Part shown: positions 1-10,042 of the stretch, in pieces
How positions within the stretch are numbered: position 1 is the first letter of the stretch
Layout of the letters: each line of letters opens with the position of its first letter
DNA from: Acidobacteriaceae bacterium
GTDB taxonomy: Bacteria; Acidobacteriota; Terriglobia; Bryobacterales; Bryobacteraceae
Reading direction: 5' to 3'
DNA: 64,000 bases
NCBI GenBank assembly: GCA_019240405.1
Contig: JAFAYL010000023.1
Span: 34,498 to 98,497 of the forward strand
Made by a program: the position numbers and the translations under genes
Notes under the pieces: model-generated
The model's database searches: none
Told to the model about the DNA's origin: nothing
What the model saw: the letters and a program-made list of their open reading frames with translations, nothing else

Positions 1-482
1 CGTCGTTACGTAGGCGGCGCGCGTCAGAGCGCGGCTTTTCGCTGATCGAGTTGCTGATCGTGATCGCGATCATCTTGATCATTCTTTCGATTGCGTTGCC
101 GCAGATGAGCAAGTCGCGGATGCACGCTCAGGAGATGGCGGCGATCGCGCAGATCGGGACGATTCAGAAGGCGCAGGTGCAGTATTATTCTCAGTTCGGC
201 CAGTACGCGACATCGCTTTCGCAACTTGGGCCGCCGACCTCGAGCGGGGCGGCCGAAGGACCCCAGTCGGCGGGCCTGATTCCCGCAAGTCTGGCAAACG
301 GATCATCCAGCGGGTACAACTTCACCGTTGCGCAGACCCCGACAGGTTATGCCGTCAGCGCAGTGCCGAAGGCATTCAACAGCACGGGACGGCGCACGTT
401 CTTTTCCGATCAGACGGGCATTATCCGCGAGAATTGGGGCCAAGATCCAGCCACCCCGCAGAGCGCCGAGATCGCTAAATAG
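1..482 (+). CDS. prepilin-type N-terminal cleavage/methylation domain protein (type IV pilin / pseudopilin-like), 5' end outside window
   Basis: The frame of ORF 51..482 stays open back to base 3. It translates ...RGFSLIELLIVIAIILIILSIALPQM, a class III signal (G/F-x-x-x-E plus hydrophobic helix). Stop at 480-482. Confidence 0.8.
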   Translation, partial: SLRRRRASERGFSLIELLIVIAIILIILSIALPQMSKSRMHAQEMAAIAQIGTIQKAQVQYYSQFGQYATSLSQLGPPTSSGAAEGPQSAGLIPASLANGSSSGYNFTVAQTPTGYAVSAVPKAFNSTGRRTFFSDQTGIIRENWGQDPATPQSAEIAK

Positions 483-489
483 CACCCAA

Positions 490-2829
490 TTGTTTCGAGT
501 CCTCTGCTGCGCTTTAAGTGTTTTTCCAGCTCTGCACGCAGCAAATCACGATAGCGGAGCGGGAATTTCGCGCGGCCTGCAGGAGATTTCAATTGACGCC
601 GGAGAAACGTATCGAGTCCGCGATCTCACGCTGACGCGTGGTGATCTCAAGATCTATCTAACCGAGGGGATACTTTCCTTCAGTACTCCAGTTGCGAATC
701 GCACTGTTGCGGCGGTCTTTACGACGACGGATGTTGAGGCCGGAGATGCGGAAATCCTGCTACTACCGCTGCAACGTAGTGAGCGAGCTTCACTGGCCTC
801 GTTCACGAAAACTCCGAATCTCGACGAACATTTCACGTCTGCGATATTTTTCTTCAGCGACAACACGCTGGATGAGCTTATGTCGCAAATCCGTGCGGCG
901 CCCGTGCGCAAAGCGCCTGAACTCGCTCCAAATATGGCCGCTGCGTTCACCGTCGCAATACGGCAACTCAGCTCCGGAATCGAGATCCGGCTGGTTCAAT
1001 CGCTGCTCGATAGTCACACGCCGGAGCATGGGTTCTTTTATTCGACGATCTCCGGTAGAAACCTCGGAGTCTTCGATGTGATGTATGAGCCTGACGAGCT
1101 CGAGCCGATTGCGGTGGGGCGAGAATCATCGGGCAGCACAGGATCGAGTGAAGGGACACAATCGGCGTTTCGACTCTGGACTACGTTTCGGCCGCGGAAG
1201 GCGCCGCCCTATGTATCTCGCCGTCCGAAGTTAAGCGATTTTCAAATTGACGCGACGATTCATGAAGATCTCAGCATGTCTGTTACGGCTCGCTTTCACG
1301 CCGTTCCGAATTCAAATGCAGGGCGCGTGATCTCACTGGGGTTGTCGGACAGGCTAAAAGTAATATCTGCATCGATTGATGGAAAGAGCGTGGAGGTATT
1401 TCAGCCCGATTCGAGCCGGAACCTCAATGTGAAAGGGTCAGGGACGTTTCTCCTCATTTCCGACACTCCGCTCGAGACAGGAAAGGATTATGGCGTTGAG
1501 ATTCGCTACGAAGGATCGGTGATACGGCAGACCCGCGACGGCTTATATTTTGTCGATGAACGGAATGCCTGGTTTCCTTACAGCGGGCCGACACTTGCCA
1601 GTTTTGACCTTACGTTTCGGTGCCCCGAGCGCTTACGGCTAGTCTCAACCGGCGAGCTAGTAAGCGACGAGGTAGCGAATGGAATCCGCATCGTCAAGCG
1701 CAAGACGCAAGTGCCTGAACGTTTCGCCGGGTTTAATCTAGGCAATTACGATCTCATCTCTGAAGAGCACGGAGCGTATCGCGTCGAGTGCTACGCGAAT
1801 CGAGCGGCTGCGGCGTCACTTGCAAAAGAGGCCAAAACTATAAGTGATTTGCCAGCGGCGAATGGCGAGAGCGTGCTGCAAGAACTACCCAAAAGAACAG
1901 AAAGCATTCTTGACGACTACACGCGACGATGGATGCCGCTGCCAATCCATAGCGTGGCTGTATCCCCAATTCCCGGTTATTTTGGGCAGGGATTTCCGGG
2001 GCTCATTTATTTATCAACGGTGTCTTATTTGCGCGAGCAGGACCGGCCAAGCGAGTTGCGCAGCGCGCGAATGGATACTTTCTTTTCCGAAATGCTTTTG
2101 CCGCACGAGGTGGCGCATCAATGGTGGGGCAATGTCGTGAGCGCCGCCGATTACCGGACGGAATGGCTGATGGAGGCGATGGCGAACTACTCGGCGCTCC
2201 AGCTTTTGGGGCGGACAAAAGGTGCGGATGCGATGAAGGAGGTGCTCGCGACATATCGCGAGGATCTCTCAAGACAGCAAAACGGAAAGGTACTGGACTC
2301 GGCGGGTCCGGTTGATTTTGGAACGCGTTTACAGCAGATGGATATGCGCACGTGGCACACGATTGTTTATGAGAAGGGCACGTGGATTGTACACATGCTG
2401 CATGAGCGGCTGGGGGATCAGGGGTTTGAGAGGATGCAGATGCGCCTGCTGAAGGACTTTGCGACGAAACCGATTACAAACGAGGATTTGCGAAGAATCG
2501 CGGCAGATGTTGTGCCGCCCGGGCAACCGGATAAAGCGCTAACGCTGTTTTTCGATACGTGGATTCATGGGACTGGGATTCCGACGTTACGAGTGGAGGG
2601 TGCCGGACGGGATTTGAACGTTGATGTGTCCGGAGTGGATGAGGACTTTACGGCTGACATTGGTCTTCGCTGCACATCGAAATCTGGCGCGAAAGAAATG
2701 CATTGGATGCGGGTCAGCGCGGGGAGTAATCCGGTTGAAATGGATGCCAAAACGGCGCATTGCGAGCTTCCGGATATGAGTGAGTTTTTGTATGTGGCGG
2801 GGTTGAAAAGCGGGGATTCGGGTTCGTGA
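490..2829 (+). CDS. M1-family (gluzincin) metallopeptidase, secreted
   Basis: HEVAHQWWGN followed 18 residues later by E (WLMEAMANY) gives the HEXXH-X18-E signature. The TTG at 490 precedes a signal-like LFRVLCCALSVFPALHA. The track ATG at 328 would overlap the pilin gene by 155 nt. Start is uncertain. Confidence 0.75.
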   Translation: MFRVLCCALSVFPALHAANHDSGAGISRGLQEISIDAGETYRVRDLTLTRGDLKIYLTEGILSFSTPVANRTVAAVFTTTDVEAGDAEILLLPLQRSERASLASFTKTPNLDEHFTSAIFFFSDNTLDELMSQIRAAPVRKAPELAPNMAAAFTVAIRQLSSGIEIRLVQSLLDSHTPEHGFFYSTISGRNLGVFDVMYEPDELEPIAVGRESSGSTGSSEGTQSAFRLWTTFRPRKAPPYVSRRPKLSDFQIDATIHEDLSMSVTARFHAVPNSNAGRVISLGLSDRLKVISASIDGKSVEVFQPDSSRNLNVKGSGTFLLISDTPLETGKDYGVEIRYEGSVIRQTRDGLYFVDERNAWFPYSGPTLASFDLTFRCPERLRLVSTGELVSDEVANGIRIVKRKTQVPERFAGFNLGNYDLISEEHGAYRVECYANRAAAASLAKEAKTISDLPAANGESVLQELPKRTESILDDYTRRWMPLPIHSVAVSPIPGYFGQGFPGLIYLSTVSYLREQDRPSELRSARMDTFFSEMLLPHEVAHQWWGNVVSAADYRTEWLMEAMANYSALQLLGRTKGADAMKEVLATYREDLSRQQNGKVLDSAGPVDFGTRLQQMDMRTWHTIVYEKGTWIVHMLHERLGDQGFERMQMRLLKDFATKPITNEDLRRIAADVVPPGQPDKALTLFFDTWIHGTGIPTLRVEGAGRDLNVDVSGVDEDFTADIGLRCTSKSGAKEMHWMRVSAGSNPVEMDAKTAHCELPDMSEFLYVAGLKSGDSGS

Positions 2830-2834
2830 TCGCT

Positions 2835-4757
2835 CTACGCTGTCGCTTCGATTTCTTGGCTTATCTGTTCCCATTCGCTCATGGTATTTTCGAGCTCGGC
2901 GCGGCGAATCTCGAGCAGGCTGGAGAGACGGGTTGCCTGTTCCGCGCTGACAAAATCAGAAAGCGCTCGTTCGGATTCTTGTATTTGCGCCTCCAAATCA
3001 GCGATCCGCCCCTCCAATTGCCGTGCGTGATCTTGCATTTGCTTCAGCTTAATAGGATTGATGCGCTTCGGAGTAGCGCGTGATGGCATGGGGATGGGCT
3101 CTGCGGGCGGGACCCCGATAAGCACATCATCGAGCGTCGGAATTGTTTGGGCGCCGCCCTGCTTGCGCCATAAATAATCGGCATAATTGCCGGGATAAAC
3201 GTGAACTTCGCCCTCGGCGATTTCGAACACGCGCGTTGCGAGATGCTCGATGAAATAGCGATCGTGCGAGACGAAGACAATGGTGCCGGTGAATCCCTCC
3301 AACGCGGCAAGCAGCACGTCTTTAGCGCGAAGGTCGAGATGGTTTGTCGGTTCATCGAGCAAAAGAAAGTTGGAGGGGTGAAGCAGCATGCGGGCGAGAG
3401 CGTACCGGTTGCGCTCGCCGCCCGATAACACGCCGATCTGTTTAAACACGTCATCTTCGCTGAACAAAAAACAGCCGAGCAAATTGCGCAATTCATTGTG
3501 AGTGCTCCTGGGAGCGACATCGCCCAAATCGTCGAGCACGCGCGCAGCCGGGTCGAGCTCTTTGTATTGATCCTGGGCAAAGTAGTCGGGCTCAACGTTA
3601 TGGCCGATCGTGTATTCACCGGCTGACAACGGCTCAATTCCGGCAAGAAGCTTGATAAGCGTTGATTTTCCGGCTCCGTTGATTCCGGCTAAAGCAATTC
3701 GGTCGCCGCGCTCAATCGTGAAATTCACGTTGCTGAGGACGAGTTTGGAGCCGTAGCTCTTGGCAACGTTCTTAAGCTGGGCTACCACTCGGCCGCTTGG
3801 CTTCGGCTGCGGAAAGGAAAAACGAATCGTCTTTTCCTCGGGAGGGAGTTCGATGCGGTCAATTTTTTCGAGCTCCTTTATACGGCTTTGTACTTGCTTA
3901 GCCTTCGTGGCCTGATAGCGGAAGCGGTTGATGAAGGTTTCGAGCTGCTGAATTCTGTCCTGCTGATTTTTGTACGCAGCTTCCAGTTGCGCTAGCCGCT
4001 CGGCTTTTTGCTGCTTGTATTTCTCATAGCCGCCGGTGTAAAAGTGAACTTTCTTGTTCCAGATCTCGGCGATCTTATTCACTGTTACATCGAGAAAGTA
4101 GCGATCGTGCGAAATCAGGACGTAAGCGAAGGGATAGTTGTCGAGGTACTCTTCGAGCCAGTTCCGCGCTTCGAGGTCCAGATGGTTCGTCGGCTCATCG
4201 AGCAGTAGGAGATTCGGTTTTTCCAAAAGCAGCTTCGCGAGCGCAATGCGCATTTGCCACCCGCCAGAAAATTCATCTGTCGCACGCGACCAATCTTCTT
4301 TACGAAAGCCGAGCCCGGCCAGCACCGTTCCGACCTGGGCTTCAATTACGTAACCATCTCTCGCGCGGAATTCAGTGTCGGCGCGCTCGAACCGGTCAGC
4401 AATCTCCAGGTATTCCGGGCTTCCCGGATGAACGTCGCTCATTCTTGCCGTTAGCGTTTCGAGCTCCTGCTCGAGATCCTTCACGTCCGCAAAGACACTC
4501 ATCGCCTCAGCGAAAACGGTGCGGCCGCTGACATGAAGACCATCCTGCGGAAGGTAGCCAATGCGGATGCCTTTCATCGCGGAACGCGAGCCGTAGTCGA
4601 GCGGGTCGATGCCAGCGATAATCTTGAGCAACGTCGATTTGCCGGTGCCATTCGCGCCGACAAGACCAGTCCGCTCTTTCGGGGTTATGAGCCAATCAAG
4701 ATCGTCGAATAGGAGCTTGGGCCCGAACCGCTTACCGGCTCCGGAAAGCTGCAACAT
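2835..4757 (-). CDS. ABC-F family ATPase (two fused ABC domains plus C-terminal coiled coil)
   Basis: Two Walker A motifs (GANGTGKST, GINGAGKST), two signature motifs (FSGGWQMR, LSGGERNR), two LLLLDEPTNHLD Walker B motifs, and no TM domain. Confidence 0.9.
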   Translation of the reverse strand: MLQLSGAGKRFGPKLLFDDLDWLITPKERTGLVGANGTGKSTLLKIIAGIDPLDYGSRSAMKGIRIGYLPQDGLHVSGRTVFAEAMSVFADVKDLEQELETLTARMSDVHPGSPEYLEIADRFERADTEFRARDGYVIEAQVGTVLAGLGFRKEDWSRATDEFSGGWQMRIALAKLLLEKPNLLLLDEPTNHLDLEARNWLEEYLDNYPFAYVLISHDRYFLDVTVNKIAEIWNKKVHFYTGGYEKYKQQKAERLAQLEAAYKNQQDRIQQLETFINRFRYQATKAKQVQSRIKELEKIDRIELPPEEKTIRFSFPQPKPSGRVVAQLKNVAKSYGSKLVLSNVNFTIERGDRIALAGINGAGKSTLIKLLAGIEPLSAGEYTIGHNVEPDYFAQDQYKELDPAARVLDDLGDVAPRSTHNELRNLLGCFLFSEDDVFKQIGVLSGGERNRYALARMLLHPSNFLLLDEPTNHLDLRAKDVLLAALEGFTGTIVFVSHDRYFIEHLATRVFEIAEGEVHVYPGNYADYLWRKQGGAQTIPTLDDVLIGVPPAEPIPMPSRATPKRINPIKLKQMQDHARQLEGRIADLEAQIQESERALSDFVSAEQATRLSSLLEIRRAELENTMSEWEQISQEIEATA

Positions 4758-4772
4758 CCATCACCATTCTCG

Positions 4773-5627
4773 CTAAGTAAGAAAGAAATCGAGGCTATTG
4801 GTGATGTAGTTCTTAAGTTCCGTTCGCCTGACAATAGCGTCCAGAAATCCATGTTCAACGAGGAACTCACTTTTCTGGAAGCCTTCGGGGAGCTTTTGGC
4901 GGATGGTCTGCTCAATTACGCGTGGTCCCGCGAAGCCGATCAGGGCGCCTGGCTCCGCGATGTTCAGGTCGCCCAACATCGCGAAACTCGCGGTGACGCC
5001 GCCGGTTGTGGGATCGGTTAATACGCTGATGTAAGGAACCGCCGCTTCATCTAAGCGCATCAAGGCTGCCGAGAGTTTTGCGAGCTGCATTAAACTGATG
5101 GCACCTTCCTGCATCCGCGCGCCTCCGGATGCGGAGACGATGATGAGAGGCAATTTTGCCGTGATGCAGCGCTCGATAGCGCGGGTAATCTTTTCGCCCA
5201 CAACTGCGCCCATGCTGCCGCCGATGAATTTCAATTCAAGAGCGCAGATGTGAACGTTTCGACCGTTCAGAGGTCCCGTGGCGGAAATGACCGCATCAGG
5301 CAGCGCGGTCACATTTCGCATCTCGTCCAAACGCTGTGGGTAGGGCTTGGAATCGATGAAATTTAGGGGATCGGAGGAGTGAAGCCTTGCGTCGTGCTCT
5401 TCGTACTGACCGTTATCAAAGAGAAGCTGCAAGCGGTCGACCGCGCCTATCCGAAAGTGGTGGCCGCATTTGGGGCAGACATGCAGGTTTTCTTCGAGGG
5501 CTTTACGCCAAATGATCTGCCCGCAGGCTTCGCACTTTTGCCAAAGGCCTTCGGTTCGGACGTTTTTTTCTCCATCGCTCGGCGGGCCACCTTCGAGGGA
5601 CGGCTTTTGTCGCGTGAACCAAGCCAT
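4773..5627 (-). CDS. accD: acetyl-CoA carboxylase carboxyltransferase beta subunit
   Basis: N-terminal Zn ribbon CEACGQII...CPKCGHH followed by a carboxyltransferase core (GGSMG, GGARMQEG). Confidence 0.9.
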   Translation of the reverse strand: MAWFTRQKPSLEGGPPSDGEKNVRTEGLWQKCEACGQIIWRKALEENLHVCPKCGHHFRIGAVDRLQLLFDNGQYEEHDARLHSSDPLNFIDSKPYPQRLDEMRNVTALPDAVISATGPLNGRNVHICALELKFIGGSMGAVVGEKITRAIERCITAKLPLIIVSASGGARMQEGAISLMQLAKLSAALMRLDEAAVPYISVLTDPTTGGVTASFAMLGDLNIAEPGALIGFAGPRVIEQTIRQKLPEGFQKSEFLVEHGFLDAIVRRTELKNYITNSLDFFLT

Positions 5628-5698
5628 GCACGGCCAGCCACTAAAGTAGCATGCGGCAGGCGCATGGCGATGAGCGAGGAAACTAATGAGCTCCCGAC

Positions 5699-6376
5699 TT
5701 ACGTGTTCCGGCCCGACGTTTTTCTACGCACAGATCCAAACAAGATCAGCAATCCCCCGCCGCACATCGCCATCGTGGCGCCTTCCGAAGCCGGCGAGTC
5801 TTGCGTTTCGGAGCTCACGCCGTAGTAGAAGTCGGTGATTATGACGGAGGATCCACTGCTGGTTGTTAGCGTGAGCCAGGTAACGGGATGAGAGATCGAA
5901 AGGCCGAAATTTGACGGACTACCAGCTTGTGTAGTGATGGTGAACGACTCGCCGTCGGAAAGCGTAAGAAGCACGGGGGTGTTCGAGGTTGTCGCTACTG
6001 CGAGAAAAAGCGCATTCTCGCCCGAAGTAGGGGTCGCGATGTTCATCGAGGCGGTGCTGTCGTTACCGCTTTCGAGGCTCTGGAAATTATGCGATCCATA
6101 GGAATAACCGGTCAATTTGTAACTTCCGTTATCGGGGCCTGTGAAGGTAAAACCGACGGAAGAGTTTCCGATTGCTTTTAGCGTGATGCCGGCGGCGGTG
6201 CTATAGGATTTGCCGATAACAATCGGGCTGAAATCGAGCTCGGTTGGAGCTCCAGTTAGGCCGGCAGTCCAAGCGCTGTAACTTGTCGAAGTAATCGTTG
6301 TGGCCTCACTGTGCTTGACGAAGCACAAGAGTCCGGTCGCAATGATAGTGAGCCGCCAATGCGTCTTACGGTGCAT
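5699..6376 (-). CDS. secreted protein with PEP-CTERM-like C-terminal sorting tail
   Basis: Signal peptide MHRKTHWRLTIIATGLLCFVKHSEA. The body is Thr/Ser-rich. The C-terminus SPASEGATMAMCGGGLLILFGSVRRK is a short polar motif, then a TM helix, then a basic cluster. Confidence 0.55.
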   Translation of the reverse strand: MHRKTHWRLTIIATGLLCFVKHSEATTITSTSYSAWTAGLTGAPTELDFSPIVIGKSYSTAAGITLKAIGNSSVGFTFTGPDNGSYKLTGYSYGSHNFQSLESGNDSTASMNIATPTSGENALFLAVATTSNTPVLLTLSDGESFTITTQAGSPSNFGLSISHPVTWLTLTTSSGSSVIITDFYYGVSSETQDSPASEGATMAMCGGGLLILFGSVRRKTSGRNT

Positions 6377-6491
6377 GCTGAACCTCCAATTAGCTTGTGT
6401 GTAACCAGAGTGCGGCAGTGCGGATGGGTTTCTAGTCCAGATATGCCTTTAGCGCCTTGACCGAAACGGAACGAGGAGGAATCGGACGAGC

Positions 6492-7880
6492 TTAGTGCAC
6501 GAGAGTTGTCTGAATGCGCTGTTTGTACTCTTCGGCTTTGCGATATATTTCATCCTGGTTGAGCGTTAATACATGGCGCTCGCTGACGATTTGGCGGCCG
6601 TTGATGAATACATCTTCGACGTCGGGGGCCTTACTCGCGTAAACAATTTGCGAATAGAGATTATAAAGCGGGACGTCATTCGGGCGCGCGAGAGAAATGG
6701 CGATGACGTCGGCGCACTTGCCTTCCTCGAGGGAGCCGATCTCTTTTTCGAGTCCCACCACACGCGCGCCGCCCAAAGTTGCCATTTCTAGGGCTTGCTC
6801 GGCTGGGAGAACACGCGGATCGCCCGCGTTGACCTTTTGCAGCTTGGCCGCGAGGTTCATTTCGAGCATTAAGTCCGCGCTGTCATTGCTTCCCGCAAAT
6901 CCGTCGGTGCCCAAGCCTACCTTCACACCCGCCTTCAACATTTCGGCAACGGGTGCGATTCCGGCTGCCATTTTGGTGTTGCTCGAAGGGCAGTGCGCGA
7001 CGCCTGTGCCATGCCGCTTCAGAATTTCAATGTCGGAATGATCTACCCAGATGGAATGTGCCGCAACGACTCGGCCCTCGAGCAGACCGAGCTTTTCGAC
7101 TGTTTGCACTGGAGTCATCTCGCGTTGGGCGAGGGCATCATCGCGCTCGACTTTCGTTTCTGCCAGATGAATGAGCAAAGGCGTGTTGTATTTGCGCGCG
7201 AGATCGTGTGACGTGACCAGCGCTTGATCCGGCGTGGTGTAAATAGAATGCGGAGCAACAGCCGGGACGATCAAATCGTCGGCGCGGAACCGTTCGATAA
7301 AACGCTCCGTTGCGGCCAGTGTTTCGCGCCAATTCTTGTAATCGGGAGCGGGGAAGCCGATGATTGTTTGGCCGAGCACGCCTCGAAGGCCTGCCTCTTT
7401 CGCAGTTTCTGCTTCAACATCTTCGAAGTAATACATGTCGGTATACGTGGTGATTCCGGCAAGCACCATTTCGAGACACGCGAGGCGGGTTCCCCAGCGA
7501 ACGAACTCCGGGGAAACGTTCTTTGATTCGGCTGGAAAGATGAAATTTTTGAGCCAATCTTCGAGACGCATGTCGTCAGCGATGGCGCGAAACAGAGACA
7601 TCGGCGCATGCGTGTGGGTATCGATGAAACCGGGCAGCAGAACTGCGTCGCTCTTATCGAGAATTTGGCGGGCCTGAAAACGCTGTGCAATTTCGCTCTG
7701 AGTGCCCACGCCAGCGATGCGCATGCCCCGGATTGCGACCGCACCGTGATCGATAACGCGATGATGCGGGTCCATGGTGATGACGTATTTTGCACGAATG
7801 ATCCAGTCGGCGGGTTCCGCGGCCTTCAGATGTGAGATGAGAGGCGCGAGCAGGAAGAGTGCGCTATAGAAAAGACGCAT
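6492..7880 (-). CDS. amidohydrolase-superfamily deaminase/hydrolase with signal peptide
   Basis: FIDTHTHAPMS (HxH metal motif), a later HLAE and GTDG, and an N-terminal signal MRLFYSALFLLAPLISHLKA. Resembles MTA/SAH- or guanine-deaminase-like amidohydrolases. Confidence 0.75.
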   Translation of the reverse strand: MRLFYSALFLLAPLISHLKAAEPADWIIRAKYVITMDPHHRVIDHGAVAIRGMRIAGVGTQSEIAQRFQARQILDKSDAVLLPGFIDTHTHAPMSLFRAIADDMRLEDWLKNFIFPAESKNVSPEFVRWGTRLACLEMVLAGITTYTDMYYFEDVEAETAKEAGLRGVLGQTIIGFPAPDYKNWRETLAATERFIERFRADDLIVPAVAPHSIYTTPDQALVTSHDLARKYNTPLLIHLAETKVERDDALAQREMTPVQTVEKLGLLEGRVVAAHSIWVDHSDIEILKRHGTGVAHCPSSNTKMAAGIAPVAEMLKAGVKVGLGTDGFAGSNDSADLMLEMNLAAKLQKVNAGDPRVLPAEQALEMATLGGARVVGLEKEIGSLEEGKCADVIAISLARPNDVPLYNLYSQIVYASKAPDVEDVFINGRQIVSERHVLTLNQDEIYRKAEEYKQRIQTTLVH

Positions 7881-8247
7881 CGAAGGGCCTCGGAAAGATT
7901 TGTTTGATCGTAGTGGTTTCCTGTTTGCCTGCGAGATTCGCCATGATCAGCTCGGCATCGCCGCAGAACTCCCAAAGAATCTGGCGGCACGCGCCGCAGG
8001 GCGGGGTCGGATCATCCGTATCTGCGACGACCGCCACGCGTTTCAATTTTGCAGCGCCCTCGGAGATGGCCTTGAAAACGGCTACACGCTCGGCGCAAAT
8101 GGTAAGCCCGTACGTGGCATTTTCCACGTTACAGCCTGTGAAGACGCGTCCTTTTTCATCTTCGATGGCCGCGCCGACTTTGAAGCGCGAAAAAGGAGCA
8201 TGGGCGAGCTTACGAACTTCAAGAGCCGCTTGTATGAGATTATCCAT
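7864..8247 (-). CDS. cdd: cytidine deaminase
   Basis: CAERVAV (C-A-E) and PCGACRQ zinc motifs. Size of 127 aa fits the homotetrameric type. Confidence 0.9.
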   Translation of the reverse strand: MDNLIQAALEVRKLAHAPFSRFKVGAAIEDEKGRVFTGCNVENATYGLTICAERVAVFKAISEGAAKLKRVAVVADTDDPTPPCGACRQILWEFCGDAELIMANLAGKQETTTIKQIFPRPFDASFL

Positions 8248-10042
8248 TGCGCGAATATTCGTTAGCGGGTCTTACATCTTTCAATGACAGGCACCAGGAG
8301 CCATAGCCGCGTTTGCGCGAGGCCGGGTCGTCCTCGATCTGAAACAAGATATCGAGTTTAGCGCCAGTCTCAAAGAGCGCCCCGCGATCTCCGAAATTCC
8401 AAGCCTTGCAGAAGAGCATGCGGTCCTGATGGCGGAGCGGCACGGTGAGGTGCTTTCCATCTTTGAACGTCGTGAAGGGTCCTGCGACCTCCACATCGCA
8501 TGCATAGAAAATTGGAGAGGGATTGCCAAAACCAAAAGGTCCGAGTGTAAAGATGTTGCGAATGCAAACCTCCGTGAGCTCGGTGAATGCTGCCTCTGCA
8601 TCGACAAGGTATTGAGGCCGCAGGTCGTCCGTGTTCAATTTGGTTCTGGCGAAATCGATAAAGCGGCGACGAAACTCTTCAAGTTGTCCAGAGCGGAGTA
8701 TGAGGCCGGCAGCCTGACGATGTCCGCCAAATCTTTCGAAGAGATCGGGCATGCTTTCGAGCGCTTCGAGCAAGTGAAAAGCCGGGACACTCCGGCCCGA
8801 TCCTGAAAGCGCCCCTGGTTCACCGCAAGCTGATTCGATTGAATCGCTGAGGACGAAAACGGGCCGGCTGAAGCGCTCGACCAGACGGCTCGCTACAATT
8901 CCCAAAACTCCGAGGTGCCACCCAGATGCAGCGAACACCGCTGCGGGGGCGTCGTGGTCAAAACCCTTTTGTTCGCACTCCGCCAAGATTGTCTCGATAA
9001 TTTCGGATTCGATCTGCTGGCGATCGCGGTTGAAACTATCCAACTGTTCCGCTAGCGCGCGGGCGCGTCCTGCGTCGGCTGTCAGGAACAGCTCGATCAC
9101 ATCGCGAGCTGTTGCCATACGGCCAGCCGCATTGATCCTTGGCGCAAGACGAAACGCAACTTGATGCGCGGAAGGAATCTCGCCATTATCGAGACCGGCG
9201 ACGGCCAGCAGGGCAGAAAGTCCGGGATTGCGAATTTCGCGAAGACCCAAGAGACCGCGATGCACGATGACACGGTTTTCGCCGGCGAGAGGAACGATGT
9301 CGGCGACCGTTGCAATCGCGACCGGCTTCAAAAACGAATCCAGCAAAGCTGCTTGTCGAGCCTGCGAGAGATTACTACGGCGCAGCAACGCTTCGACAAG
9401 TTTAAACGCGACACCAGCGCCGCAAAGGTTCTTGTCGGGATAAGCGCAATCGGGCTGATTTGGATTCACGACGGCTAAAGCTGGCGGAAGATCCGCAAGC
9501 GGCAAATGATGATCTGTGACGATTACGTCAATGCCGAGCGCATTCGCGTGCCGCACCACTTCATTGGCGCGGATGCCCGTGTCGACGCTCACGATGAGGC
9601 GAACGCCTGTTGCAGACGCGCGCTCAATTACATCACTGCGCATGCCGTAGCCCTCATTCAGCCGGTGCGGCACGTGAAAATCGGCTTGGCCGCCGAGGAT
9701 CTCGATTGCCTTTTTCAGGATGACAATCGATGTTGTGCCGTCGACGTCGTAATCGCCGTAAATCAGAATTGGCTGCCGAGCCGTAACGGCCTGAAGCAGA
9801 CGCATCGCGGCGGGTTCCATGCCGCGCATCAGCAGCGGGTCGTGCAGCGCTTCTAGGCTGGGCGACAGAAACTCTCCGGCCGCGTGTGGTTCGATGAAGC
9901 CGCGGTGGGCGAGCACTGCCGCAGCAAGCCGCTCGACCTTCAGAGCCCTTTGGAGCGTGAGAATGGCATCAGACGCTGGGTTGGGCAGGATCCATCGAGC
10001 TTTGGGACGAGTCCAAGCGGAAGGGGTCGCCAATTCCGCCAT
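8240..10042 (-). CDS. recJ: single-stranded-DNA-specific exonuclease RecJ
   Basis: DHH-family motifs GDYDVDGTTS, SVDTG and VTDHH, plus a DHHA1-like GGH..AAG region. Length 600 aa. Confidence 0.9.
   Translation of the reverse strand: MAELATPSAWTRPKARWILPNPASDAILTLQRALKVERLAAAVLAHRGFIEPHAAGEFLSPSLEALHDPLLMRGMEPAAMRLLQAVTARQPILIYGDYDVDGTTSIVILKKAIEILGGQADFHVPHRLNEGYGMRSDVIERASATGVRLIVSVDTGIRANEVVRHANALGIDVIVTDHHLPLADLPPALAVVNPNQPDCAYPDKNLCGAGVAFKLVEALLRRSNLSQARQAALLDSFLKPVAIATVADIVPLAGENRVIVHRGLLGLREIRNPGLSALLAVAGLDNGEIPSAHQVAFRLAPRINAAGRMATARDVIELFLTADAGRARALAEQLDSFNRDRQQIESEIIETILAECEQKGFDHDAPAAVFAASGWHLGVLGIVASRLVERFSRPVFVLSDSIESACGEPGALSGSGRSVPAFHLLEALESMPDLFERFGGHRQAAGLILRSGQLEEFRRRFIDFARTKLNTDDLRPQYLVDAEAAFTELTEVCIRNIFTLGPFGFGNPSPIFYACDVEVAGPFTTFKDGKHLTVPLRHQDRMLFCKAWNFGDRGALFETGAKLDILFQIEDDPASRKRGYGSWCLSLKDVRPANEYSRNG

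Noticed and set aside
328-489. 5' extension of the M1 peptidase ORF. Similar track extensions occur at 18067-18195, 29098-29304, 33251-33568, 43977-44069, 49748-49963, 57654-57872 and 62743-63030.
   Set aside because: Each extension overlaps the preceding or opposite well-supported gene and is Arg/Cys-rich. Each is followed by an internal start that gives a family-typical N-terminus or signal peptide.
3044-3646. Other long internal or antisense ORFs inside well-supported genes. Examples are 3044-3646, 7271-7795, 28998-29534, 34362-35096, 36941-37486, 39141-39776, 45003-45566 and 54197-54670.
   Set aside because: All are nested in or antisense to genes with clear family motifs and show skewed Arg/Ser/Cys/Pro composition. 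I found no independent start or RBS context.
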